Below are positions 8,877 to 16,647 of a stretch of 64,000 bases of DNA, in pieces. A program made the position numbers and the translations under genes. Within the stretch, counting starts at the first letter, position 1, and every line of letters begins with the position of its first letter. Source of the stretch: Oscillospiraceae bacterium (GTDB taxonomy: Bacteria; Bacillota; Clostridia; Oscillospirales; Acutalibacteraceae); assembly GCA_015065685.1 (NCBI GenBank), contig SVPU01000008.1, positions 6,769 to 70,768 of the forward strand, written 5' to 3'. The notes beneath the pieces were generated by a model, which was not told the origin of the DNA, did no database searches, and saw only the letters and a program-made list of their open reading frames with translations.

Positions 8877-9638
8877 CTAATACGCCGACTTTTCGGCACG
8901 CTCAGCATGAATTTTCTTAGTGTATTCAATCAATTCTTCTCTGTTTTCAAAAATTCTCTGACTCGCTATATCCACTGCAACAGTACCCGACATAACATCG
9001 TGCAAAAGAGAATTTGTTCGGCTTGTGATAAGGCATATAACCTCAACCGCTAAAATAACAATGAAAATAATACCGCCCATAAAACCGATTAAATTGAAGA
9101 AAATCATCATTATAACACTCAGCGGAATCATAATCTCAATAGCGAATTTTCCTAAAATCGCACGGGCAAATAGCTGAAGATTGCTAACCTTAATTCCTTC
9201 AACATGCATAAGCCCAATGCCGAAAATTTTCTTGCCGGCCGTTTGTCCGTTCCCCAAAATCAGCGGCATTGCAAACTCAACGATAAGCACACCTATCAAA
9301 ATACTGAGCGTTGCAATAAGAAGAGTGAGATTAATCAACATATTATCAGAATAAACCACTTTTTCATCTTGGTTTAAGGCCTTATATGCGGCATCATAAT
9401 TTTCTCGTTGCTCATCGGAAAGCTCTTCATATTTTTCCTGTGTTAGATTAAATTCTACATTATATTCTGTTTCATATTTTTCGTAAGCTTCATTTACGGT
9501 ATTCATATGACTATCGTATCCGAAAGCCGCCGAGAGTAGTGTTGCAAAGCCAACAACTAACAAGCTCAAAAAAATAAAATCAAAAATAGCAGCTATAATG
9601 CGCTTGCCAAAATTTGCTTTTTGTAAATCAATCATCAT
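8877..9638 (-). CDS. RDD-family membrane protein
   Basis: ORF 8877..9740. Start moved to ATGATG at 9638, preceded by GGGAGC. N-terminus ANFGKRIIAAIFDFIFLSLLVV is typical of RDD proteins. Only 37 nt and no terminator separate it from the ABC ATPase gene. Confidence 0.7.
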   Translation of the reverse strand: MMIDLQKANFGKRIIAAIFDFIFLSLLVVGFATLLSAAFGYDSHMNTVNEAYEKYETEYNVEFNLTQEKYEELSDEQRENYDAAYKALNQDEKVVYSDNMLINLTLLIATLSILIGVLIVEFAMPLILGNGQTAGKKIFGIGLMHVEGIKVSNLQLFARAILGKFAIEIMIPLSVIMMIFFNLIGFMGGIIFIVILAVEVICLITSRTNSLLHDVMSGTVAVDIASQRIFENREELIEYTKKIHAERAEKSAY

Positions 9639-9765
9639 ATAATTGCTCCCAGCGTTATTCAACGCGCAATTTTTTTGCATACATATATATAATACAATCT
9701 TATATATAAAAACGCAAGTATGTTTTTTAATTTTTTGCAAAAAAATGTCGTTTTAAAATAAAATC

Positions 9766-9794
9766 TTGTCATCAGTACATATAAGTAGTATAAT
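9766..9794 (+). promoter_or_regulatory. sigma-A-type promoter for the tandem nucleotidase gene
   Basis: TTGTCA (9766-9771), a 17-nt spacer, then TATAAT (9789-9794), about 60 nt upstream of the ATG at 9857. Confidence 0.55.
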
Positions 9795-9856
9795 TATCTT
9801 AAGATTTTAACTTATTTCGTTAAAAATAATTCAAATTTTATAAAATGGTGGAAGAT

Positions 9857-12349
9857 ATGAAGAAAATTATAAAATACTGCGTATTACCGCTCCTGATTTT
9901 TTCAATTTTACTTAGCAGCTGCGATAATAAGCAAAACGGTTGCAAAAAACATACCGATTCCGATAATAACGGTATATGCGAGGTTTGTGAGAATTCCGTT
10001 TTCACTTATTACAATTTTTACACTGTTAACGACCTATCAAGCAGTCAAACAGATACAGCACAGCTTACAGAATATCTTGAGAAGGTTCGCGAAGCTGATG
10101 AGAATGCTGTTTTTCTCTCGGCAGGCAATATGCTAAAGGGCGATATTGGACAAGATATATCCGAATGGATGAACGAGCTTGAATTTTCTGCAATGACACT
10201 TGGCAACCTGGATTTAAATTTAGGTGTTGAAGATTTAAAGAAAAGTGAAAAAGAAGCAGATTTCCCCTTCCTTGCCATCAATATTTTTGCCCGCAAAAAC
10301 GATAAGCGTGCCAAATTCTGCTCTCCCTCAACAATAATTAAATTCGATGATTTGCAAATTGGTGTTATTGGTGCTGTTGGCGACTGCTATTCCGAAATTG
10401 AACCCAATAGTATCAACGATTACTATTTTAAAACCGGTTCAGAGCTTACTAAGCTTGTTAAAGATGAAGCTAACCGTTTGCGCAAAAAAGGTGCGGACTA
10501 TATCATTTATTTACTACACGAAGGCTTCACTCAGAGCAACAAGGAGTCTGTTCAGCAGGTTTCGGGTGCGGACATATATACATATTATGATATTTCTTTA
10601 TCAGATGGTTATGTTGACCTTGTTTTCGAAGGACATACCTCACAATCCTATCAGCTTGTCGATAGCTGCAATGTATATCATTTGCAGAACAGCGGTGATG
10701 CGAATGCCGCAGTTTCTTATGCTCAAATTGCCTACAACACGGTTTTAAAGACAACCGATTTAAACGCTTCAAAGCTAATCACGGTTACCGAAGAGGAAAT
10801 TTCTAACATTGTTATCCCATCTGAAGATACAATTGACGACAACAACGATGATGACACCAATAATACAATCGGAAATTCAGACAAGCCCTCTTCCCCCACT
10901 CAAAACAATTCGAATTCGGGCTGCAAAAAACATACCGACAGTGATGACAATGGCATTTGTGATTCCTGTTCGGGCTCGGTTTTGGTTTATTTTGATTTTT
11001 ATAACATCAATGACCTTCACGGAAAACTTGCCGACGGCACCAACCATCCGGGTGTTGATGAATTAACCACATATCTAAAAAATGCTCGCAAAACAGACCA
11101 AAACGCCATTTTCCTCTCGACAGGCGATATGTGGCAAGGCGCATCTGAATCTAATATGACCAAAGGGCTTATTATGACCGACTGGATGAACGAATTGGAT
11201 TTCTCAGCTATGGCTATTGGCAACCACGAGTTTGACTGGGGTGAAGAATATATTGCAGATAATGCGGATTTTGCAGAATTCCCACTCTTAGCAATCAATA
11301 TTTACGACCGCGATACAAACAAAATTTCCGATTTTTGCAAGCCCTCGGTAATGGTTGAAGCAGATGGCTTGCAGATTGGAATTATCGGCGCTATAGGCGA
11401 CTGTTATTCATCGATTGCAGTTGATAAATGTGATGATGTTTATTTCAAGGTCGGAAGTTCATTAACCTCACTTGTGAAAGCAGAATCAAAAAAGCTTCGT
11501 AATCAGGGCGCGGATTTCATTGTGTATATTATACATGATGGCTATGGTCGTTCACAATCGGGAACAGTTTCATCCTCGCAAATTTCTTCTTATTATGATG
11601 TCTCCCTTTCCGATGGCTTTATTGACCTTGTTTTTGAGGGCCACACCCACCAAGGTTACACTCTCAAAGACCAATACGGCGTTTATCATCTCCAGAACAG
11701 AGGCGATAACAGTGGTGGCATTTCACACGCAGAGGTTGCGATAAATTCTGTAACATACTCAAAAAACATCACTGCAGCCGAGCTTATTTCAACAAGTGCT
11801 TACAGTTCTTTAAGCGATGACCCAATTGTTGAAAAGCTACTTAGCAAATATGATGAACAAATATCTCCTTCAAAGCTTGTTTTAGGTTATAACAGTTCTT
11901 ACAGAAACAGCAATTTTTTACGGCAATTAAGCGCGGATTTATACTATAAAAAGGGCCTTGAGCTATGGGGCAATAAATATAACATTGTTTTAGGCGGTGG
12001 CTTCACTTCAATCAGAAGCCCTTATAATCTCGCCGCGGGAAATGTAACCTATGCAAATTTGCAATCCCTCTTCCCCTTTGATAACAATCTCACACTTTGC
12101 TCTATAAAGGGCAGTGATTTGCGCTCAAAGTTTTTCGAAACCGACAATTCCGACTATTATATATCTTACGGTGATTACGGCAGTAGCGTTAAACAGAATA
12201 TCAACCCAACCGCCACTTATTACATTGTGGTTGATACCTACACTGCGTTCTACAAACCCAATCGGCTCACCGTGCTTGAAACTCTCGATCAGGATGTATT
12301 TATGCGAGATTTATTCGCGGAATACATTCAAAACGGCGGCTTATCATAA
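9857..12349 (+). CDS. lipoprotein with two tandem calcineurin-type metallophosphoesterase (5'/3'-nucleotidase N-domain) modules plus one nucleotidase C-terminal domain; first module degenerate
   Basis: Start at ATG 9857 (GGTGGAAG upstream). Lipobox LLSSC. Copy 2 keeps NDLHG, GDMWQG, GNHEFDWG, IIHDG and GHTHQ. Copy 1 reads NDLSS, GNMLKG, GNLDLNLG, LLHEG and GHTSQ. The C-terminal ~200 aa resemble the 5'-nucleotidase substrate-binding domain. Confidence 0.85.
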   Translation: MKKIIKYCVLPLLIFSILLSSCDNKQNGCKKHTDSDNNGICEVCENSVFTYYNFYTVNDLSSSQTDTAQLTEYLEKVREADENAVFLSAGNMLKGDIGQDISEWMNELEFSAMTLGNLDLNLGVEDLKKSEKEADFPFLAINIFARKNDKRAKFCSPSTIIKFDDLQIGVIGAVGDCYSEIEPNSINDYYFKTGSELTKLVKDEANRLRKKGADYIIYLLHEGFTQSNKESVQQVSGADIYTYYDISLSDGYVDLVFEGHTSQSYQLVDSCNVYHLQNSGDANAAVSYAQIAYNTVLKTTDLNASKLITVTEEEISNIVIPSEDTIDDNNDDDTNNTIGNSDKPSSPTQNNSNSGCKKHTDSDDNGICDSCSGSVLVYFDFYNINDLHGKLADGTNHPGVDELTTYLKNARKTDQNAIFLSTGDMWQGASESNMTKGLIMTDWMNELDFSAMAIGNHEFDWGEEYIADNADFAEFPLLAINIYDRDTNKISDFCKPSVMVEADGLQIGIIGAIGDCYSSIAVDKCDDVYFKVGSSLTSLVKAESKKLRNQGADFIVYIIHDGYGRSQSGTVSSSQISSYYDVSLSDGFIDLVFEGHTHQGYTLKDQYGVYHLQNRGDNSGGISHAEVAINSVTYSKNITAAELISTSAYSSLSDDPIVEKLLSKYDEQISPSKLVLGYNSSYRNSNFLRQLSADLYYKKGLELWGNKYNIVLGGGFTSIRSPYNLAAGNVTYANLQSLFPFDNNLTLCSIKGSDLRSKFFETDNSDYYISYGDYGSSVKQNINPTATYYIVVDTYTAFYKPNRLTVLETLDQDVFMRDLFAEYIQNGGLS
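9938..11750 (+). repeat. intragenic duplication (~810 nt units starting at 9938 and 10919)
   Basis: Both units begin G-CKKHTDSD(N/D)NGIC..C and align through ...VYHLQN.GD. The DNA at 9941 and 10921 is nearly identical for about 25 nt (tgcaaaaaacataccga). Confidence 0.85.
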
Positions 12350-12351
12350 CA

Positions 12352-12386
12352 AAAAGGCTTGAGATTTTAGTCTCAAGCCTTTGTAT
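12352..12386. terminator. bidirectional intrinsic terminator between the nucleotidase gene and glnA
   Basis: aaaaaggcttgaga-ttttagt-ctcaagcctttgtatttt: a 10-bp stem flanked by A- and T-runs. Confidence 0.75.
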
Positions 12387-12387
12387 T

Positions 12388-13809
12388 TTAGAGATTGTAA
12401 TATTTATCGAATTCAGCAGGATGCGGAATTTTTGCAAGCTCTGCACATTCCTTGCGCTTTGCTTTAATGAAGTTTTCAAGCAATTCCTTCGGGAATACAC
12501 CGCCTGCAGTGAGGTAATCATTGTCAGATTCTAAAGCATCTAATGCTTCAGGCAAACTTGTGGGAAGGCCCTTAAGCTTTGCCTTTTCTTCATCGGGAAG
12601 ATTATAAAGATTAAAGTCATATGGTCCCCAACCGTTTTCGTGTGGGTCAATCTTATTCTTAACACCGTCAAGACCGGCCATAAGAATTGCCGCATAAGCA
12701 AAATATGGGTTACATGTAGCATCGGGGTTGCGAAGCTCAAATCTGCGCTTATCGGGCGCCTTAGCATATGCAGGGATACGAATAACTGCGCTTCGGTTTG
12801 AGGTTGCATAACCTACGGTTACGGGTGCTTCAAAGCCGGGTACCAAACGCTTGAATGAGTTTGTGCTAGGGTTTGTGATTGCACAAAGCGAAGCAATGTG
12901 CTTCAATAAACCACCCATAAAGTAGTGCGCAGTCTTGCTCAAGTGTGAATAACCGTTATCATCAGAGAAAACGGGCTCGCCATCCTTGAACAAAATCATA
13001 TGAACGTGCATTCCGCTGCCTGCTTCGCCATAAATAGGTTTAGGCATAAAGGTTGCCGATTTGCCATATTTTAGCGCTGTATTATGAATGATATATTTAA
13101 TCATCATAGTAGCATCTGCCATGTGAACAACTTCGCCGAGCTGGGGCTCAATCTCAAACTGACCGGATGCTGCAACCTCGGGGTGATGATAATTAATTTC
13201 AATACCCGCCTCATTCATAAGCATACACATTTCACTGCGGCATTCATATGAGGTATCAAACGGCTTAGCTATATGATAATTTTTTTGCTTTTGAACAACA
13301 ACACCCTTACCTTCAACACCGCTGTTCCAATAAGACTGCTTAGCATCAACCGATGCGCCGATATAATTACCCTCTACCCCCCAATTAACCTCATCAAAAA
13401 GGTAAAACTCAAATTCAGGGAGAATTTTCATAGTATCAGCAATACCGCTTTGCTTCATATAATCAACTGCGGCGCGAATAATGTTGCGGGGGTATTGTGC
13501 TAACGGGCGATTATGAGGAGTATCAATAATCATAGCGTTACCCGTCATAGTAAGGGTCGGGATTTCGCAGAATGGGTCAACCATTGCAGTGTCGGGGTCG
13601 GGAATAAATACCATATCGCTTTTTTCAACAACGGCATAACCATAGTTGGAAGCATCAAAGCCAATACCGCTTATCATTGTGTCTTCAGAAAAATTTTGTG
13701 CGGGAATGGTAACATGGCGGAACTGACCGTTTATATCAACCATTTTAAAATCAATCATTTTAATGTTGTTTTCTTTAATAAGCTTTAAAACATTTTTTAT
13801 TTTATCCAA
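12388..13809 (-). CDS. glnA: glutamine synthetase, type I
   Basis: Full-length match by eye to GlnA: N-terminal beta-grasp region (IKMIDFKMVDINGQFRHVTIP) and a catalytic region with GSGMHVHMIL and NPDATCNPY. Confidence 0.9.
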   Translation of the reverse strand: MDKIKNVLKLIKENNIKMIDFKMVDINGQFRHVTIPAQNFSEDTMISGIGFDASNYGYAVVEKSDMVFIPDPDTAMVDPFCEIPTLTMTGNAMIIDTPHNRPLAQYPRNIIRAAVDYMKQSGIADTMKILPEFEFYLFDEVNWGVEGNYIGASVDAKQSYWNSGVEGKGVVVQKQKNYHIAKPFDTSYECRSEMCMLMNEAGIEINYHHPEVAASGQFEIEPQLGEVVHMADATMMIKYIIHNTALKYGKSATFMPKPIYGEAGSGMHVHMILFKDGEPVFSDDNGYSHLSKTAHYFMGGLLKHIASLCAITNPSTNSFKRLVPGFEAPVTVGYATSNRSAVIRIPAYAKAPDKRRFELRNPDATCNPYFAYAAILMAGLDGVKNKIDPHENGWGPYDFNLYNLPDEEKAKLKGLPTSLPEALDALESDNDYLTAGGVFPKELLENFIKAKRKECAELAKIPHPAEFDKYYNL

Positions 13810-13840
13810 GGATAAAACCCCCTATCTTTTCTACAAGTTA

Positions 13841-13869
13841 ATTCTATAACATATATAATAATTTGTCAA
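13841..13869 (-). promoter_or_regulatory. sigma-A-type promoter for glnA
   Basis: On the minus strand: TTGACA (13869-13864), a 17-nt spacer, then TAGAAT (13846-13841). Confidence 0.55.
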
Positions 13870-13893
13870 TTTTTTTCTAAGTAATAAAAATTC

Positions 13894-13923
13894 AAAAGCT
13901 TGGAGAATTTTCTCCAAGCTTTT
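13894..13923 (-). terminator. intrinsic terminator after the 252-aa membrane protein gene
   Basis: Perfect 13-bp stem aaaagcttggaga / tctccaagctttt with a 4-nt loop. Confidence 0.75.
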
Positions 13924-13925
13924 AA

Positions 13926-14684
13926 CTATACAGTTATTTTTTGTTTTACTTCGGCCTGTTTTTCCTTTTGCTTGCAATGCTTCTGTAAAATTAAAATGGG
14001 TAAATACATAACAAACATAACAATCGGTAAAAGAACCGGGAATCCCCAAAGGTGGCTACCTAAATATTTTTCGAAAAGTCCCAACGGATTTCCCGTTTCA
14101 GGATTCATTAAAAACATAAAATTGGTATCACACAAAAGGTTTATGAAATATATTGGTATTGCAAGTAAAACTAGCAATATAATACATTTAGGCATTGTTT
14201 TTATGGTGGGCTTTAGTTCCCCGTTGGCTAATAAAAGGATAGGATAATATACGATTAAAGCGTGAACTGTGAAACTATGTATATTAAAGAAGTTCATGCA
14301 GGGCAGCACTGTCCAGTTAGGGAAAAGCAATGCCAGCATAGCACCGGGAATTCCTATATAATAAAGGAAATTTCTAACCGTGGATGTAGGCTTTATAACA
14401 TCGAAACCGATAAGCAAAATACTTATACCGCACAAATGAAACGGCAAATGCCCTATTCCAAAATCATCAACACAAATTGCAACAATATCTTTGATTACCT
14501 CTTCGGCTATTATTATCCAACCGAGAGTTTTTCTGATTAGCTGCTGCTTTAAAGGGGATTTTTTAAAGATATAAACCAAGGCAACGCCGATGATTAGAAA
14601 CACCGATAGCCAAGCAATATGAGTTAATCCAAAAGTGGTAAAGCCCACACCTTCAGGCACTCTCTCCTTTGACATAAAAAACAT
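13926..14684 (-). CDS. integral membrane protein (YwaF/TIGR02206-like by overall look)
   Basis: About seven hydrophobic segments and no soluble domain. The family assignment is from memory of similar sequences only. Confidence 0.5.
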   Translation of the reverse strand: MFFMSKERVPEGVGFTTFGLTHIAWLSVFLIIGVALVYIFKKSPLKQQLIRKTLGWIIIAEEVIKDIVAICVDDFGIGHLPFHLCGISILLIGFDVIKPTSTVRNFLYYIGIPGAMLALLFPNWTVLPCMNFFNIHSFTVHALIVYYPILLLANGELKPTIKTMPKCIILLVLLAIPIYFINLLCDTNFMFLMNPETGNPLGLFEKYLGSHLWGFPVLLPIVMFVMYLPILILQKHCKQKEKQAEVKQKITV

Positions 14685-14792
14685 AAAACTCCCTCCCGAA
14701 CAATTTAATCACAAACTCAAAAGAATGTCAATAAAATAAAAATTTTGTCATTTTTGATGGGTAATGGTTACAATACTGTTATGTTAAATCCC

Positions 14793-14821
14793 TTGACCTT
14801 TAAAAATATTTATTGTATGAT
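14793..14821 (+). promoter_or_regulatory. sigma-A-type promoter
   Basis: TTGACC (14793-14798), a 17-nt spacer ending in TG, then TATGAT (14816-14821). Confidence 0.5.
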
Positions 14822-14856
14822 ATTTTTGTATCTTGGATACCGAAAGGAGTTTTAAT

Positions 14857-16233
14857 ATGAAAAAACTTTTATGTTTAATGCTTTCAATTTTAGTTTTATT
14901 CGGCTGTGTTGCGGGTTGTAAAAAGAATGATACCTCTTCCGACAGCGATACCACAAAAGCGGAAGGCTTTGTTAAACCCGAATCCTATGCTTCGGTTATT
15001 CTTGTAACCATTAACCCTCAGTTTAGACTTTATATTTCCGAAAACAATGAAGTATTAGCGGTTGAACCCGTTAACGATGACGCTAAATCAATTGCTAAGG
15101 AAATTAAGTTTGAAGGCAAAAAAATCGAAACTGTTGTTGAAAATCTAATCACAGTTTCTGCAGATAACGGTTTTGTTAAAGAAAACGCCGAAATTAATTT
15201 CACTGTTTCTGAGGTTGTCAATGATTCTATCAACCCTGATGCTTTGCTCAATAAGGTTAAAGACAGTGCTCAAAAGAAGCTTGAAAAGCTTGATATTAAG
15301 GCTGAAATCACAACTGCCTTTGTTACTGAGCCTAATGAAGATAACTCTCAGGCTGATACACCGAGTGATACCACAAGCAGTGATAACACCACCACCCCTC
15401 CTGCTAACACCCCAAAGCCTGATAATACGGTTAACGCAGATAAAACTTGCAAGCACACTAAAACAGGATTTATCGCAATTTCAACCGGCGAAAATATCAT
15501 TGATGCTTCAAAGCTAGATATGGTTAACCATATGAAATACTGTACCGAGTGCAACACAAATTTATCCCTCGAAAAGCACAGTGTTAAAGATGGTAAATGC
15601 ACAGTTTGCTCACAATCCAATTTCGAAATAACTACAATTAATGCTATAAACGCAGGCGTTTCCGGCGCAGATAATTTTGGACTTGATGAAGCGAGAATCA
15701 GAGCAGACGGAACACCTGATTCTGCACTTGTGCTTGACTGTACTGTTTGGTTAAGCGATAATACAGCCTACGCTAAGGATGAGTTCAATTACGAAATCCC
15801 CGAAAGTGTGATACTTGAAAATATCAGAAAGAAATTCGAATTTTCCGATGCGCAATTTGAAAAGCTTAAAGCAGAAGGCACATATCACTTCTTCTTTGGA
15901 ACTCAAAGATATGAAAACGGAATCTTCTATATTATCAACCCTGCCGCAGGTGGCCCCGGTGATTTTACACATACACCTGTAGGTTATAAGGATAATAAAA
16001 ACGGTACTTTTGAAATTTATTATGATTACCAAAGCGGTGGTCCTGAAAATCCCGATTATAAACATTTATATTACTACGCTGTAACATACACCTATAAAGG
16101 CGCTTCTAACTTGGAGGTTATTATCGGTGAGTATGGAGATGCAAGTATCAGTGGATGGAAAGCAGTTGTTGATTCAATGAAAGTTGCTTCCATCAAGAAG
16201 GTTGATAGCATCTCGGGAATAACAAAATTCTAA
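14857..16233 (+). CDS. lipoprotein of unknown function with an extracytoplasmic Cys-rich mini-domain
   Basis: Start moved to ATG 14857 (AAAGGAG 8 nt upstream). Lipobox LFGCVAGC. Thr/Pro/Asp linker, then CKHTKTG...YCTEC...KDGKCTVC. Confidence 0.75.
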   Translation: MKKLLCLMLSILVLFGCVAGCKKNDTSSDSDTTKAEGFVKPESYASVILVTINPQFRLYISENNEVLAVEPVNDDAKSIAKEIKFEGKKIETVVENLITVSADNGFVKENAEINFTVSEVVNDSINPDALLNKVKDSAQKKLEKLDIKAEITTAFVTEPNEDNSQADTPSDTTSSDNTTTPPANTPKPDNTVNADKTCKHTKTGFIAISTGENIIDASKLDMVNHMKYCTECNTNLSLEKHSVKDGKCTVCSQSNFEITTINAINAGVSGADNFGLDEARIRADGTPDSALVLDCTVWLSDNTAYAKDEFNYEIPESVILENIRKKFEFSDAQFEKLKAEGTYHFFFGTQRYENGIFYIINPAAGGPGDFTHTPVGYKDNKNGTFEIYYDYQSGGPENPDYKHLYYYAVTYTYKGASNLEVIIGEYGDASISGWKAVVDSMKVASIKKVDSISGITKF

Positions 16234-16241
16234 AATATTTT

Positions 16242-16281
16242 GGGCTTGAAGAGTTAATTCTTCAAGCCCTAGATTTTTTTT
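16242..16281 (+). terminator. intrinsic terminator
   Basis: gggcttgaaga / tcttcaagccc stem followed by a run of eight T. Confidence 0.8.
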
Positions 16282-16291
16282 AAAATTACTG

Positions 16292-16320
16292 TTGACTTTA
16301 GCGCGCTAATGTGTTAGAAT
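16292..16320 (+). promoter_or_regulatory. his operon promoter with a 12-bp perfect palindrome in the spacer
   Basis: TTGACT (16292-16297), a 17-nt spacer, then TAGAAT (16315-16320) preceded by TGT. The spacer contains TTAGCGCGCTAA (16298-16309). Confidence 0.6.
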
Positions 16321-16353
16321 ATTAAAGTATTTTTGAATAGGAGTATTTTAAAT

Positions 16354-16647
16354 ATGCTTAAAAAAGGAAAAAATGACTTTGAAAAATTGTTCAAAGCAAT
16401 TTTAACATTAGAAAATGTAGAGGAATGTGCCGCTTTTTTTGATGATGTTTGCACCATTCAAGAGCTTGAAGCCCTAGCGCAAAGATTAGATGTTGCATGT
16501 GAGCTGCGCAATGGTAAGAGTTATATTGATATTAACAAATCCACAGGGGCAAGCACTGCCACAATCTGCAGAGTCAGCAAGGCTTTGAATTACGGCGATG
16601 GCGGATACAAAACCGCAATAGAAAGGCTAGAGAAAAATGATTTTTAA
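16354..16647 (+). CDS. YerC/YecD-type TrpR-like DNA-binding protein (candidate histidine-operon repressor)
   Basis: ATG 16354 with TAGGAG upstream. The sequence ...FFDDVCTIQELEALAQRLDVA..L..GKSY..I...TGASTATICRV.KAL.YG is the YerC/TrpR-like pattern. Its 3' end overlaps the hisZG start by 11 nt. Confidence 0.8.
   Translation: MLKKGKNDFEKLFKAILTLENVEECAAFFDDVCTIQELEALAQRLDVACELRNGKSYIDINKSTGASTATICRVSKALNYGDGGYKTAIERLEKNDF

Noticed and set aside
13810-13885. GlnR/TnrA box (TGTNA-N7-TNACA) upstream of glnA.
   Set aside because: The best candidate, TGTTATAGAATTAACTT, overlaps the -10 element but its second half-site does not match TNACA. That is not enough to call.
16234-16353. T-box or attenuator leader for the his operon.
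   Set aside because: Only ~30 nt lie between the promoter -10 element and the first gene's RBS. That leaves no room for a T-box or a leader peptide.
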